Source: an uncultured delta proteobacterium
Lineage (GTDB): Bacteria; Myxococcota_A; Polyangia; Polyangiales; B10-G4
Assembly: GCA_963727445.1 (NCBI GenBank)
Contig: CAVSGI010000020.1
Location: forward strand, 192,001 to 256,000
Direction of reading: 5' to 3'
DNA: 64,000 bases
Shown here: in pieces, positions 47,054 through 61,611 of the stretch
Layout of the letters: every line of letters starts with the position of its first letter
How positions within the stretch are numbered: the first letter of the stretch is position 1
Made by a program: the position numbers and the translations under genes
Notes under the pieces: generated by a model
The model's input: the letters and a program-made list of their open reading frames with translations, nothing else
Databases searched by the model: none
Told to the model about the DNA's origin: nothing

Positions 47054-49093
47054 TCACTCCCGGGTGACCATCGGGACCGGCAGTGCGCTGGAGTCGAGAT
47101 TGAAATCGTTGTCGTAGTGCACGTCGGTGGTGATCCGGCTGATGTCGAATCCCTCGGTCTGCACGTTCGCGCCGATCGGATTGTCGGCTACCAGCCCGTC
47201 CCGAGCATCCGCGGTGCCGCCCGACGCCAGCTGCAGGCCGCAGAGCGCACCGCCGGTAATGGCGAAGCGGGAGACGTCGGCGTAGCCGCCTTCGAGCACG
47301 GTGAGGCCGATGCCGGCGCCGAGCTCCGGGCAGGTCGTCTCGGCGCAGAGGCGCTCTCGCGTGTCGGCGATGGTGAGATCCGACAGGGTGGCCTCGGAAG
47401 GCGCGACGCCCACGACCACCCCCGCCGCGCGACAGCGTTCGAAACGGGCCCGAGTGAGCGTGACGCTGGAGCGCAGGGACTGCATCCCGTGACCGAGCGC
47501 CCCCGAGCTCGTCTCTCCCTGCATGTCCCTGACCAGCACGTCGCTCGCGTCCAGCTGGGCGTCGTCGGTGAGGATGCCCACGTCTCCCGCTCCTTCTATG
47601 TGGAGCCTCGCCACCTCCGCTCGCGCGCCCAAACCGACGGTGAGACCGCGGCCGGCGTGCAATGGTGAGTCGGGCTGCTCCACCTGGCTCACGTCCTTTA
47701 CCCACGTGTCCTCGAGTCGAAGGACGGTGGAGCCGCCGGCGGCGAGGATCGCCGAGTCGTGAGAACGGAGCGCGACGAAGCGTCGTACCGTGACGTCGGC
47801 GCCCGAGCCCGCCAGGAGCGCGCGGCCGAAGATACCGCTGGACGGTTCGGGTTCGGTGTCGGTCACCACTACGTCCTCGAGGGTGGCCATCGAGCGCGTG
47901 GCGATCTGCAGGGCGGCGCGATGGTTGTCCGCGAGGTGCGAGCGACGCAGCTCGAGGGCGCCTTCGTTCTGCACGGCGATGCCGCCACCGAGCTCGCCAT
48001 CGGCGGTCGGTCGCGTGCGGGCGACGAGGGAGTCCTCCACCACCAGACGTGCTTCGGCGCCGTCGGCGACGGCGGCGAACTCGGTGCTCTGGTCGACGAC
48101 CACCCGTGAGGCGTGCAAGGTCGCGCCGGCCCCGACGGTGAAGGCGCGCCCCGTGCCGCTCGAGTCCTCCACCGTCCCTCGTATCACCGAGTCCTCGATC
48201 GTCACCTGCAATCCGTCGAGCAGCGCGCTGATCGCCACGCCCCGCACACCGATGATCTCGCTCTGCCGGATCGTCGCGTCGCTGCCGAAGTCGACGTTGA
48301 CGCCCCAGCCATAGGCGCCGTCGCTCGGCTGAGGCCGAACGTCGCGAACCAGGACGTCGGTGGCGTCGAGGTGGCTTCCGTCGGTGACGTTGATGGCGAG
48401 GGTGGTGGCGTCGAGGATGGCGACGCCGCGCAGCGTGAGGCTTCCGCCCATGCTCACGTCGGCCGCCTGGTTCGCGTTCACGATGGTCACGTCCTCGACC
48501 GTCACCGACGCGCGGGCGACGGAGACGCGGGCCTCGAGGACCACGTCGCTCGGGCAGGCGCCGCGGAGCTCGACGTCGCGGATCACGTCGATGGACAGAC
48601 CACCGTAGGTGCCGGCGGCAATGGCCACGATGTCGCCAGCGCCCGCCGCCCGCACGGCAGGCTGCACGTCACCGAAGGGGGCGCCCATCGTCCCGTCGCC
48701 GCCGGTCGCTCCTGCGCGCACGTAGCGCACGGTGCCCGTCGCGTCGCTCACGTCCGGCCACTCCCCGCTGCCGCACGCGTGTCCGACGCTCCGGCAGGCG
48801 CTCTCGCCGATGGCCGCGCGCTCGATGCCTTCGCAGGCCGGCAGCGAGCCACCGCTGGGCTGACAGACGGTCGCGCCCGCCTCGATTTCGCGTGGCTCCC
48901 ATCCCGCCGCGCACGGCGTCAGCGCAGGCGGCGCAGGCGGCATCGGCGCCTCGGGCTGGACGATGGACACAGCGGTGTCCGCCGCGTCCACGTCGGGCCC
49001 GGAATCGACCGTCGTCGTCGTCGAGTCACCGCAGCCCGTCGTCAGGACGAGCCCGACGAGCCCTGCGAGCATCGGCGAGGCGACGCGGGCCAC
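47054..49093 (-). CDS. Predicted lipoprotein with beta-helix repeats; paralog of 9129-11195
   Basis: LTTGC lipobox; LTPCAAGW; GGDGTMGAPF; C-terminal DNDFNLDSSALPVP. Confidence 0.8.
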   Translation of the reverse strand: MARVASPMLAGLVGLVLTTGCGDSTTTTVDSGPDVDAADTAVSIVQPEAPMPPAPPALTPCAAGWEPREIEAGATVCQPSGGSLPACEGIERAAIGESACRSVGHACGSGEWPDVSDATGTVRYVRAGATGGDGTMGAPFGDVQPAVRAAGAGDIVAIAAGTYGGLSIDVIRDVELRGACPSDVVLEARVSVARASVTVEDVTIVNANQAADVSMGGSLTLRGVAILDATTLAINVTDGSHLDATDVLVRDVRPQPSDGAYGWGVNVDFGSDATIRQSEIIGVRGVAISALLDGLQVTIEDSVIRGTVEDSSGTGRAFTVGAGATLHASRVVVDQSTEFAAVADGAEARLVVEDSLVARTRPTADGELGGGIAVQNEGALELRRSHLADNHRAALQIATRSMATLEDVVVTDTEPEPSSGIFGRALLAGSGADVTVRRFVALRSHDSAILAAGGSTVLRLEDTWVKDVSQVEQPDSPLHAGRGLTVGLGARAEVARLHIEGAGDVGILTDDAQLDASDVLVRDMQGETSSGALGHGMQSLRSSVTLTRARFERCRAAGVVVGVAPSEATLSDLTIADTRERLCAETTCPELGAGIGLTVLEGGYADVSRFAITGGALCGLQLASGGTADARDGLVADNPIGANVQTEGFDISRITTDVHYDNDFNLDSSALPVPMVTRE

Positions 49094-49111
49094 CTCCCGA
49101 TGATACCGCGC

Positions 49112-50947
<1,836 letters not shown>

Positions 50948-51084
50948 GCCTTGGGACCTCGCCTGAAAGAAGAGGGACGCGCCCTACGGCACGGAGTGTC
51001 GCACGCCCCGCACGAAGGGCCAGCTTCGGAGGGGCCTCGGCCCCTCTTGTCGCTTCGGTTGGGTGCCTGGGATGCGCTTCGCGT

Positions 51085-52623
51085 TCAGCCGCCGGCGGCG
51101 TCGGTCTCGGCATCGGCCTCGGACTCCTCGCCCTGAGCCGGCAGGCGTCGCACCACCTCGCCGCTGGTGTCGTAGACGGTGACGGGACCGTACGCGGTGA
51201 GCGGCGCGGCGATGTCGGCGGCCTTGCCCACGACCACCACCAGGGCCTCGTCGGGCCGGATGTCCTCGCGTGCGGCGGCGAGCGCCTGGCGTGCGGTGAC
51301 CTCCCGGATCGCCGTCCGGTAGTTGTCCCAGTAGTCGTCCGGCAGGCCATAGACCCGCAGGTCGCCCACCAGGTAGGCGATCTTGCCTGGGGTGTCGATG
51401 GTCAGCGGGAAGCGGTCGCTGAGGTATCGGTGGGCGTTGGCCAGCTCCTCTTCGGAGGCCGGCTCCGAGACGATCCGATCCAGATGCTCGAAGAAGGCCT
51501 GCATCGCCTCCTCGGTGACCTCGTTGCGCACCGAGGCGTAGGCGCTGAAGGGGGCGACCTCGACCGCTTCGCCGACGCTGCTGTAGGCGCCGTAGGTCAG
51601 GCTCCGCTCCTCGCGCAGGTCCATGAAGAGGCGCGACGCCGCCGAGCCACCGAGGACCTGGTTGGCGACCTTGAGGGGGATGTAGCTGGGGTTGTCGCGC
51701 TCGAGGGCGAGGTTGCCGATGCGAATCACCGACTGCACCGACTCGGGGCGGTCGACCACGACGACCTCGCGCGCCTCGCGCACCGGCGGCTCGGGATAGT
51801 CGACCTCGGGCACGTCGCCGCGATGCCAGCGCCCGAAGGCCTCGCCCGCGGCGTTCATCACGTCCTCGTTGCTGACCGCGCCCACCACCACGAGAGCGGC
51901 GTTGTTGGGGACGAAGTGCTGGTGGTGCCAGCGCGCGAGATCGGTGCGGCGAACGCGCTGCACCACCTCGCGGGTGGTGTCGACGCGCGCGTAGGGGTGC
52001 TCACCGTAGAGGTGACGGTAGAAGGCCTGAGTCGCGAGGAAGTTGGGGTCGTTTTGCTGGAGCGTGAGCCGATCGATCTCGCGGCGCTTCAGCTTTGCCA
52101 GCTCGTCGTTGCGGAACGCGGGATTCATGGCGACGTCCGCGAGGATCTCCATCGCCTCGTCGAGCTGGTCGGCCAGCGCGCGCATCCCGATGTAGACGTT
52201 CTCTTCGTCGTCGCTGACCCACAGGTCGGCTCCGAGGAACTCGACCTCCTCGGCCAGGCGTGCGCTCGGACGGGTGCGGGTACCCTCCTTGAGCATCGCA
52301 CCCACGAGGTGCGCCATCCCGGGCCTGTCGGTGGGGTCCGCTTCCCCGCCGCTCTTGATGATCAGGCGGAGGTAGACCACGGGGAGCTGGTCCCACTCCA
52401 CGGTGTCGACCTCGAGGCCGGAGTCGGTGGAGGCGCGCGTGATCGGCGGGAAGGACACGTCCCGGGCCGGACCGGAGGCGGGCGGCTCCTGGCGCGCCGG
52501 CTCGTTCGCAGCCTGCTCGGTCTCGTCGTGGTGTTCGACCTGGTCGGTGTTGGTCTGCGCGCCGCCGCATCCCAGCAGGGAGCCGAGGGCGAGGAGGGTG
52601 GTGATTCGAGTGACGCGCTTCAT
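51085..52623 (-). CDS. M16B peptidase non-catalytic subunit, lipoprotein
   Basis: LLGC lipobox; no HXXEH (AHLVGAML); RLFMDLREERSLTYGAYS R/Y motif. Confidence 0.9.
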   Translation of the reverse strand: MKRVTRITTLLALGSLLGCGGAQTNTDQVEHHDETEQAANEPARQEPPASGPARDVSFPPITRASTDSGLEVDTVEWDQLPVVYLRLIIKSGGEADPTDRPGMAHLVGAMLKEGTRTRPSARLAEEVEFLGADLWVSDDEENVYIGMRALADQLDEAMEILADVAMNPAFRNDELAKLKRREIDRLTLQQNDPNFLATQAFYRHLYGEHPYARVDTTREVVQRVRRTDLARWHHQHFVPNNAALVVVGAVSNEDVMNAAGEAFGRWHRGDVPEVDYPEPPVREAREVVVVDRPESVQSVIRIGNLALERDNPSYIPLKVANQVLGGSAASRLFMDLREERSLTYGAYSSVGEAVEVAPFSAYASVRNEVTEEAMQAFFEHLDRIVSEPASEEELANAHRYLSDRFPLTIDTPGKIAYLVGDLRVYGLPDDYWDNYRTAIREVTARQALAAAREDIRPDEALVVVVGKAADIAAPLTAYGPVTVYDTSGEVVRRLPAQGEESEADAETDAAGG

Positions 52624-54042
52624 CGGGACTCTCCCTCTTCGCTGGCCTCGGCGGCCGGGATGACGTCGAGCACGGTGCGGTTCGTGGCCTCGAAGTACTG
52701 CGCGCGCGACGCGCTGAACGTCGTCGCGGCTCACGGCCAGGTAGCGGTCGACCTCGCTCCGGAGCAGCTCTGCGTCGCCGTAGTACATGCTCGTACTCGG
52801 CGAGGCGCATCGCCCGCGAGAGGTTCGACTGCATGCCGAAGATGAAGGCCGATCGCACGCGGTTCTTCGCCTTCTCCAGCTCACGCTCGGTGATGCCGCG
52901 CTGGGCGATGTTCGCCAGCTCTGTCGTAGATGACGTTGCGGGCCTGGGCCGCGTTGCCGTTGCTGGCGACCACGCCCCAGACCGAGAAGAGGTCCGGCCC
53001 GCGCCGGTCGTCGGTCGACACGGAGATCTCCTGCGAGGATCTCCCGCTCCTTGACGAGCTTCTGGTAGAGCCGCGAGGACTCCCCGTCGCCGAGGACGAG
53101 GGAGAGCAGCTCGAGGGGGTAGTGGTCGTCGGTCGCGGTTGGGCGGGATGTGATAGTCGATGTGGAAGGCGGGCAGCTCCGCGATGCGGATCGATCATCG
53201 AATCGGTCCGTTCGGTGGTCTGCGGCTGGATCTCCGGCGGGTCGTAGGAGGGCACGTCGCGGCGCTCGATGTCGCCGAAGTGCTCGCGGACCAGCGCCAG
53301 CGCCTCGTCCGGATCGAAGTCACCGGCGATGGAGACCACCGCGTTGTTCGGCGCGTAGTAGTGGCGGAAGAACTCTTGAACCGCTTCGAGGGGCGCGTTC
53401 ACCAGGTCCTGCATGTCGCCGATGGTCGAGTGCGCGTAGGGCCAGTAGTCGCCGTAGGCGAGCTCGTTGATGCGCAGCATGCTGAGCATGTAGGGGCGGT
53501 TCTCGTAGCTCTGCCGCCGCTCCTCCATGACGACGTCGCGCTGGTTCTCGAAGTTCGTCCTCGGTGACCGCGAGGGAGCGCATGCGGTCGGCCTCGAGCC
53601 ACAGGCCCAGCTCGAGCTCGTTCGAGGGGAGCGTCTCGAAGTAGTTCGTGCGGTCCGAGTTGGTCGTCCCGTTCATCGAGCCGCCGCGGTTCATCACGAG
53701 CTGGAAATGCTCGCCCTTGGCGACGTTCGCCGAGCCCTGGAACATCATGTGCTCGAAGAGGTGGGCGAAGCCCGAGCGGCCGCGCACCTCGTTGCGCGAG
53801 CCCACGTCGTAGTAGACGGCGACCGCGACCGTGGGGATGGTGCGGTCCGAGCTCATCACCACCCGAAGTCCGTTTTCGAGGGTGGCGGTCACGATGGGGA
53901 GCTCGGCGAGGGGGCCGGACGGCGGCGTTGCGGCCGCAGGCGATTCTGGTTGCGCCTCGGGTTCGGCTTCCTGAGCGGCCGCCAGGCCGGTGAGCGTCAC
54001 CAGCAACAGCGCCGCGATCGCGATGGGGATGCGTCTCGCCAT
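52620..54042 (-). CDS. M16B zinc peptidase catalytic subunit, seven +1 frameshifts (likely artefact)
   Basis: Signal peptide; GFAHLFEHMMFQGS, NGTTNSDRTNYFE, LEADRM; reading can be rebuilt to a TGA overlapping the partner's ATG. Confidence 0.9.
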
Positions 54043-54176
54043 GATTTCTCCGTGTGGGGAAAGGTCGTCACGGGGCGAACACCCGAGCCCCCGCGGCTGT
54101 TTCGCATACCAAAGACCCTCCCCGGGGTCCACGAGCGTGAGGGAAAATCGGGGTGGATTGGGGTATCCTGGACCTC

Positions 54177-55175
54177 GTGGCCAATCGGCCTTTCTTGGCG
54201 ATCGCCCTGTTTTCTTTCGCCCTCGTCCCGGCCGGGCGCGTTTCGGCGCAGGTGGTCCTGGATTTCGACGCGTGGACGAGCGTCTGCCAACCGGGGGATG
54301 GGTGCGCCGGAGGCTATGTCGAAGGGCCAGACGGATCGTTCAGTCTGATGTCCGACCCGCCTTGCCCGATGGGCCAGTGCCTCGCGGTGCAGTGGCCGAG
54401 CGTGGACGAGGGCCTCGCCGCACGACCGGCGCCCTACACACCGCCGCACGCCACGGTTCACGTGCAGATGCGCTTCTATCTCGCCCCGGCTCTCGTGGAG
54501 CGCCTCTCCAATGGAGTGCGGACCGAGGTCCCGCTGCTCCGGATCGAGACCGCCAGCGACAACACCTGGGCGCAGCTCTCGCTTTCCGGGAGCGACGGGG
54601 CGCGCTTCGAGGTGTCGTCGATCGCGGCGGGCGTGCCCTGGGCGTCGACGACGCGGATCGATGGCCTGGATCGGCTGAACGAGTGGTTGGAGGTCGCGCT
54701 CGGCGTCGCCCAGTCCGCGGATGGAAGCCCCACCCTCTATGCCGGCATCGGTGGCGACCTCCAGCAGGTGCCGGCCACGTTGGCGTTGGCCGACCTGCCG
54801 ATGATCACCGGCGCCTACGCGCTCGGCGCCGCCCGCTACGCTGGCGAGCCTCCCATGGTGTTGATCGATGATGTGTGCGTCGCGGACGACCGCGACGCGG
54901 CGAGGGGTTGTCCCGCGCCGCCGCCCCCCCGCCCCGACGCGGGCGTCGATGCGGGACCCGACGCCGGGCTCGCCGACACCGGGCTCGCCGACACCGGAGG
55001 CGCCGGCGCCCAGCCATCGTTTCGAGGCGCCGGCGGATGTGCCTGCGGTGCGGCGCTCGCCGACTCCTCGGAGCACGAGACTCCGCTCGTGCTGGCGCTG
55101 CTCTTCGGGTTCGTCGTTTTCCGAAGGCGGCGTTCAGCGTCGTCGGCGCCGCGCCCAGAACAGGACGAGCGCTAG
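54177..55175 (+). CDS. Secreted protein with a MYXO-CTERM-like tail
   Basis: Signal peptide; DAG-rich linker; FRGAGGCAC + LVLALLFGFVVF + RRRR. Confidence 0.72.
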   Translation: MANRPFLAIALFSFALVPAGRVSAQVVLDFDAWTSVCQPGDGCAGGYVEGPDGSFSLMSDPPCPMGQCLAVQWPSVDEGLAARPAPYTPPHATVHVQMRFYLAPALVERLSNGVRTEVPLLRIETASDNTWAQLSLSGSDGARFEVSSIAAGVPWASTTRIDGLDRLNEWLEVALGVAQSADGSPTLYAGIGGDLQQVPATLALADLPMITGAYALGAARYAGEPPMVLIDDVCVADDRDAARGCPAPPPPRPDAGVDAGPDAGLADTGLADTGGAGAQPSFRGAGGCACGAALADSSEHETPLVLALLFGFVVFRRRRSASSAPRPEQDER

Positions 55176-57749
55176 CGACGCGGCGATCGCGGGATCGAGC
55201 GGTGAGATCCGCGCGGCGTCGCAGGACTCGGACGGCATTTCGAAGGGCGGCGCCGGACGAGTGAAGGGCGCAGGCACTCGCGACGCCGGAAGGACGTCTT
55301 CGTAGGCGAGGAGCGCTTGGGGATCTTCGAGGGCGAGGGCGGTGAGATAGAAGAGCGTGCCCTCCCAGAGGTGCGGGTTGCTCACCCGCTGCTCCCCGTG
55401 ACGCATGCTGCCGGTGCCCACCGCGACGGTGACCTCGCCGAAGTGGCCGCCGGGCGTCGCGTGCTCGGCCGTTCGTTCGAGAAGCGCTTCGACCTGTGCG
55501 CGGATCTCCGGGTCGTCACCGCGCGCGAGAGCGAGGGAGACCAGGTTCTTCATCCAGTAGCTGCCGCCCGCGTTTTCGAGGCGGACGGTCGGGCCGATGT
55601 TTTCGAGATCGTGCCTCAGCTGCGCGTCGACCCTCGGATCGTCCCAGGGCAGGACGTGCATCGGCCACACCAGCCAGGCGGTGGGGCCGCTGGGGCTGCT
55701 CCCCGGGTTCGCGACGTTCACCGCCTCGCTGGTGAAGACTTCGCGGTCGACGTCGTAGAAGTGCACCAGGATCGCGTCGCGTAGCTCGGCAGCACGCTCT
55801 TCCCAGCGCGCGGCTGCTTCTTCCTCGCCGAGCAGCCTCGCCGCCCGCGACGCCATGTCGAGGCCGCCGAAGACCGTCACCGCCCCGTGCAGGGTCTGGG
55901 TGTAGTCGGCGTTGTCGTCCTCCTGCGCGGGAAAGTGCAGCCCGGTCTCGGGGTCGCGCCAGTCGGTGAGGAGATCGGCGGCGAGCACGATCGCGTCCCA
56001 ACGCGCGCGAAGATAGTCGGCGGCGCCGGCGGGCGCGACCCAGCCGACGTGGGAGATCATCGCGAAGAGGCCGAAGCCGACCTCGTCGATCTCGAAGCGC
56101 CAGGTGCCACCGGGGAGACCGTCGGCGTAGTAGTTCATTTCCCAGGCCCCGGCCGGGTAGGCGCCCGAAGGGCCGTCGGGGGAGTCGGGCGGCTGCGGAT
56201 CGATGATCACCGCCGGGGACACGGGCACCTTCCGCTGCCAGGTGTCGTAGAGCTCGGCGCGCCGCGTCACCAGCGCGTTCTGCCCGGAGGCGTCGAGCAT
56301 GACGTTGAAGAACGCGCCGTCGCGTGGCCAGTCGAGCCCATACGGCGCCTGCCGCGAGATCGACGCGACGATGGCGCCGCTGCTGGCGTCCGTCCCGACG
56401 CGCACGTTGATCAGCGCGCGACGCGCGACGCGCTGCACGAGCTCCGAGCCCACGGTGGGAACGCGCACCGACGACATCCAGGCATCGAAGGCGGCGCGTG
56501 AAGCGTCCGCCACCGCGCTCGGATCGTCCGTGCCGTCGACGAGCGCGCCGACCTCGTCCGCGCTGGGCGCGGCGGCCAGCATCAGCGAGACCCTCGCGAC
56601 GCCCCCGGCGTCGAAGGCGAGCGGCGTGCGCAGCGCTTCGTTCACCTCGCCGGCGGCGAGGCCGCTTCCGGAGAGCTCACCGTCCCTCGCGTCCTCGAGG
56701 GCATCGGCAGCTTCGTGGATCCACCCCTCGGCCTCGGGGATGGGCGGCGCCTCGCGATCGCAGCGCAGGCTGTCGAGGACGTCGACGCTCACCGGCAGGT
56801 TGAAGCTCTCCACAGAGCTGGAGAGGCGCAGGATGTTGTCGATCAGACCATCGACGTCGGCGCAGAGGTCCGAGGCATCGAAGCCGACCTGATGTTGATC
56901 CGGCGGCGGTCTCGTCGTGAGCGCGAGGTAGGCGCCCGCGGCGTATTGACCGTCGAGGTCGGCGGCGAGCGAGGCGAGCGCCGAGTCGTCGGGCGTGCCG
57001 GCGCGCATCGCCTCTCCGAGGGTGCCCCAATCCACTGCGCCGCCGCCGAGGATGTCCCCGAGCTGCCGAATCACGCGACGGTCACCGGGGTGGAAGTGAA
57101 CGACGCTGCTTCGGCTCGCATCCCACACCGCCGCGAAGTCGTTGCGGCCGTCGAAGGCCCAGTCCGACAGGGGCAGCTCGGCGAGGCGGGACGTGGGGGG
57201 CACGGGCGAGAGGTTCGCGTAGGTCAAGAGCCACGCGTCCGTCACCGGGCTCGCGTCGCCGAGCGAGACGATCACGTCGCGGACGAAGACGTCGGTGTCG
57301 GGCGAAACGGCGTCCACGACCTCGACGCTCAGTCCGAGGAGGTCGTTTTCGTACGTGGTGCGGATGTTGGACCCGTCCGCTTCGTATCCCTGGCTGCGGG
57401 TCCAATCGTCGTCACGAAACCAACTGACGCGCCGTCCGAGATCGGGGGTGTCCACGACCACGCCGAGGAAGAGCCCCGCGCCCTCGGACGCGCCGAAGCG
57501 CGGCAGGCTGCGCGCCGCGCTTCCATTCGCCGTGACGTAGCCGAGCTGATCGCAGAAGCTCGGGTTGGGCCAGGTGAGGACCGAGAGGTCTCCCGCCTCC
57601 GAGATCCCGACCGCCATCCGTCCGTGGCCGGTCACCCGCTCGATGTTGCTGGCGCCGAAGATCTGCTCGACCAGGTCGATCTGCGCGTCGGCGTGCCGCG
57701 GAGCGAAGAGCACCGAGAGCGATGCGATGAGAGTCGCGAGCGTTCGCAC
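55134..57749 (-). CDS. Secreted GH15-like (glucoamylase-type) glycoside hydrolase with a C-terminal anchor
   Basis: GAIVAS...YGLDWPRDGAF, FEIDE, AQEDD, HFGE; signal peptide; C-terminal Cys + TM + RRRRR. Confidence 0.72.
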   Translation of the reverse strand: MRTLATLIASLSVLFAPRHADAQIDLVEQIFGASNIERVTGHGRMAVGISEAGDLSVLTWPNPSFCDQLGYVTANGSAARSLPRFGASEGAGLFLGVVVDTPDLGRRVSWFRDDDWTRSQGYEADGSNIRTTYENDLLGLSVEVVDAVSPDTDVFVRDVIVSLGDASPVTDAWLLTYANLSPVPPTSRLAELPLSDWAFDGRNDFAAVWDASRSSVVHFHPGDRRVIRQLGDILGGGAVDWGTLGEAMRAGTPDDSALASLAADLDGQYAAGAYLALTTRPPPDQHQVGFDASDLCADVDGLIDNILRLSSSVESFNLPVSVDVLDSLRCDREAPPIPEAEGWIHEAADALEDARDGELSGSGLAAGEVNEALRTPLAFDAGGVARVSLMLAAAPSADEVGALVDGTDDPSAVADASRAAFDAWMSSVRVPTVGSELVQRVARRALINVRVGTDASSGAIVASISRQAPYGLDWPRDGAFFNVMLDASGQNALVTRRAELYDTWQRKVPVSPAVIIDPQPPDSPDGPSGAYPAGAWEMNYYADGLPGGTWRFEIDEVGFGLFAMISHVGWVAPAGAADYLRARWDAIVLAADLLTDWRDPETGLHFPAQEDDNADYTQTLHGAVTVFGGLDMASRAARLLGEEEAAARWEERAAELRDAILVHFYDVDREVFTSEAVNVANPGSSPSGPTAWLVWPMHVLPWDDPRVDAQLRHDLENIGPTVRLENAGGSYWMKNLVSLALARGDDPEIRAQVEALLERTAEHATPGGHFGEVTVAVGTGSMRHGEQRVSNPHLWEGTLFYLTALALEDPQALLAYEDVLPASRVPAPFTRPAPPFEMPSESCDAARISPLDPAIAASLALVLFWARRRRR

Positions 57750-57772
57750 GGCCCAACTATACGAGATGTGCA

Positions 57773-57937
57773 GTAGTGCCTGGTCCAATGATGTGGAAGG
57801 GGAGATCGCGACGGGCGTCGGTCGCGTCGCAAGGAGGGAAACCGAAGGACGTGCAGCGCACATTCGAGGTTTCCCGACGCCGCGAGGCGGCCGACGAACG
57901 AGCGAGAACCCTTCTACGTCATTGGACCAGGCACTAC
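57773..57937. mobile_element. 165-bp MITE-like element with 29-bp terminal inverted repeats
   Basis: GTAGTGCCTGGTCCAATGATGTGGAAGGG vs the right end: 27/29 match; inner arms also pair (GGGAAACC/GGTTTCCC); TA at both ends. Confidence 0.75.
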
Positions 57938-57952
57938 GCTGGCGTCGATGTC

Positions 57953-58178
57953 GTGGGGGCGCCGTGGCTTCGGGCCCTTTCGGGCAGGACCGCTCTCCTG
58001 ATCGCCTGGGCGATCATCGGACCGGTCGCGGCGCTTCACCTCCTCTACTACGCGCCACGCACGGTGGACGACAATGTTCATCTTCCTTCGCTACATCGAG
58101 GCGGTCGGCGACGCCCTCGAGAAGCGGTACGCGTACGTGGAGGCCCGCCCGCGAGGGCTCGCGGGTGGGGGCGGTTGA
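57953..58178 (+). pseudogene. Possible truncated remnant of a GT-C-type membrane glycosyltransferase
   Basis: TM helix followed by YAPRTVDD/MFIFLRY (DD..I..RY motif, across a +1 shift), then an early stop. Confidence 0.4.
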
Positions 58179-58224
58179 CGGCCTCGGGCCCACCGAGCAG
58201 ACTCGCCACCCCCCGAAAGACACC

Positions 58225-59475
<1,251 letters not shown>

Positions 59476-59482
59476 CCAGGGG

Positions 59483-60076
59483 GTGCCTCGCCTCTTCGTC
59501 GCAGTGGAGCCTTCGGAGCAGGCGCGCCGCTGGCTCGGCGAGGTCTCGGCGGCGGTGCGACAGGCGTTCGTGGAGCGGAAGATCGCGGCGCGCTTCGTGC
59601 CGGCGGAGAACATGCACCTGACCCTGCGCTTCATCGGCGAGGTGGCCGAGGAGAGGGTGCCTTCGATCGGCGAGGCGCTGAAGGAGCTGTCGACGGATCG
59701 CTTCGAGATCCGCTTTTCGGGCCTCGGAGCCTTCCCCAACGAAAAAAAATCGAGGGTGCTCTGGGTGGGTTTTTCCGAGGGTGCAGAGGGGCTGAAAACC
59801 CTTGCTGAACAAGTGGATAGGTGTCTTCAAGGCGTTGGAATTGCACCGGAAGAGCGGCCCTACCGCCCACATCTGACCCTTGCGCGAATGAAAAAAGGAC
59901 GCGAGAACACGGCTCGGGTGATCGAATCTGTCAGTCCGCGGGAGGGCGTGTCGTCCCTGGTGCGAGAGGTCGTTCTCTTCCAGAGCGAGCTCGATTCATC
60001 GAGGGGGCTGAGGGGGGCGAGTCCCCCACGACCCAAAGCCAGATACACCCCCCGCGCCCGAATTCCCCTCGGGTGA
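59483..60076 (+). CDS. thpR: RNA 2',3'-cyclic phosphodiesterase (2H family)
   Basis: RLFVAV; two HxT motifs ([15 protein letters not shown]); between cinA and recA. Confidence 0.92.
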   Translation: MPRLFVAVEPSEQARRWLGEVSAAVRQAFVERKIAARFVPAENMHLTLRFIGEVAEERVPSIGEALKELSTDRFEIRFSGLGAFPNEKKSRVLWVGFSEGAEGLKTLAEQVDRCLQGVGIAPEERPYRPHLTLARMKKGRENTARVIESVSPREGVSSLVREVVLFQSELDSSRGLRGASPPRPKARYTPRARIPLG

Positions 60077-60123
60077 CGACGAAGCCAGACCACGAACGGA
60101 AGCAGAAAGAGAAGGACGAGACG

Positions 60124-61210
<1,087 letters not shown>

Positions 61211-61344
61211 AGCTCGCGACCGGCTGAAACGCGCGTCGGCTCGCCGGCCCGGTTGGGGCGGGGAGTCGGGGTGCGTCTTGCGTGGCGTGGTGCGGCGGGC
61301 GGTTGACGCGGGGGGCCGTGGCGGATGCGGGCGGCGGACGCGGG

Positions 61345-61460
61345 CGGCGGATGCGGATGCGGGGACGGACGCGGACGCGGTGACGGATGCGGACGCGGTG
61401 ACGGATGCAGACGCGGTGACGGATGCAGACGCGGTGACGGACGCGGATGCGGCGGCGGTG
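61345..61460. repeat. Intergenic 18-bp tandem repeat (four units, 61374-61445) within a degenerate hexamer tract
   Basis: GACGCGGTGACGGA(T/C)GC(G/A) x4. Confidence 0.88.
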
Positions 61461-61611
61461 AGCGACGCGGCTCGGTTGCGGGCGGCGCTTGCGAAACCGC
61501 TTTCCCCGGGGCAAGTGAATGTTTCGAATGTTTCGGGGAGGCGCTTTCCGCGCGGAAAGCTCACCTCGCGTTCGCCCGGTCCGCCACCGGACGGTGCTAG
61601 CCTTCGGCCCC

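Noticed and set aside
50948..51084. glmS ribozyme upstream of glmS
   Set aside because: The gap is short and I could not identify the conserved core; an Rfam search would settle it
60077..60123. LexA box upstream of recA
   Set aside because: No match to the M. xanthus or E. coli SOS consensus that I could recognise
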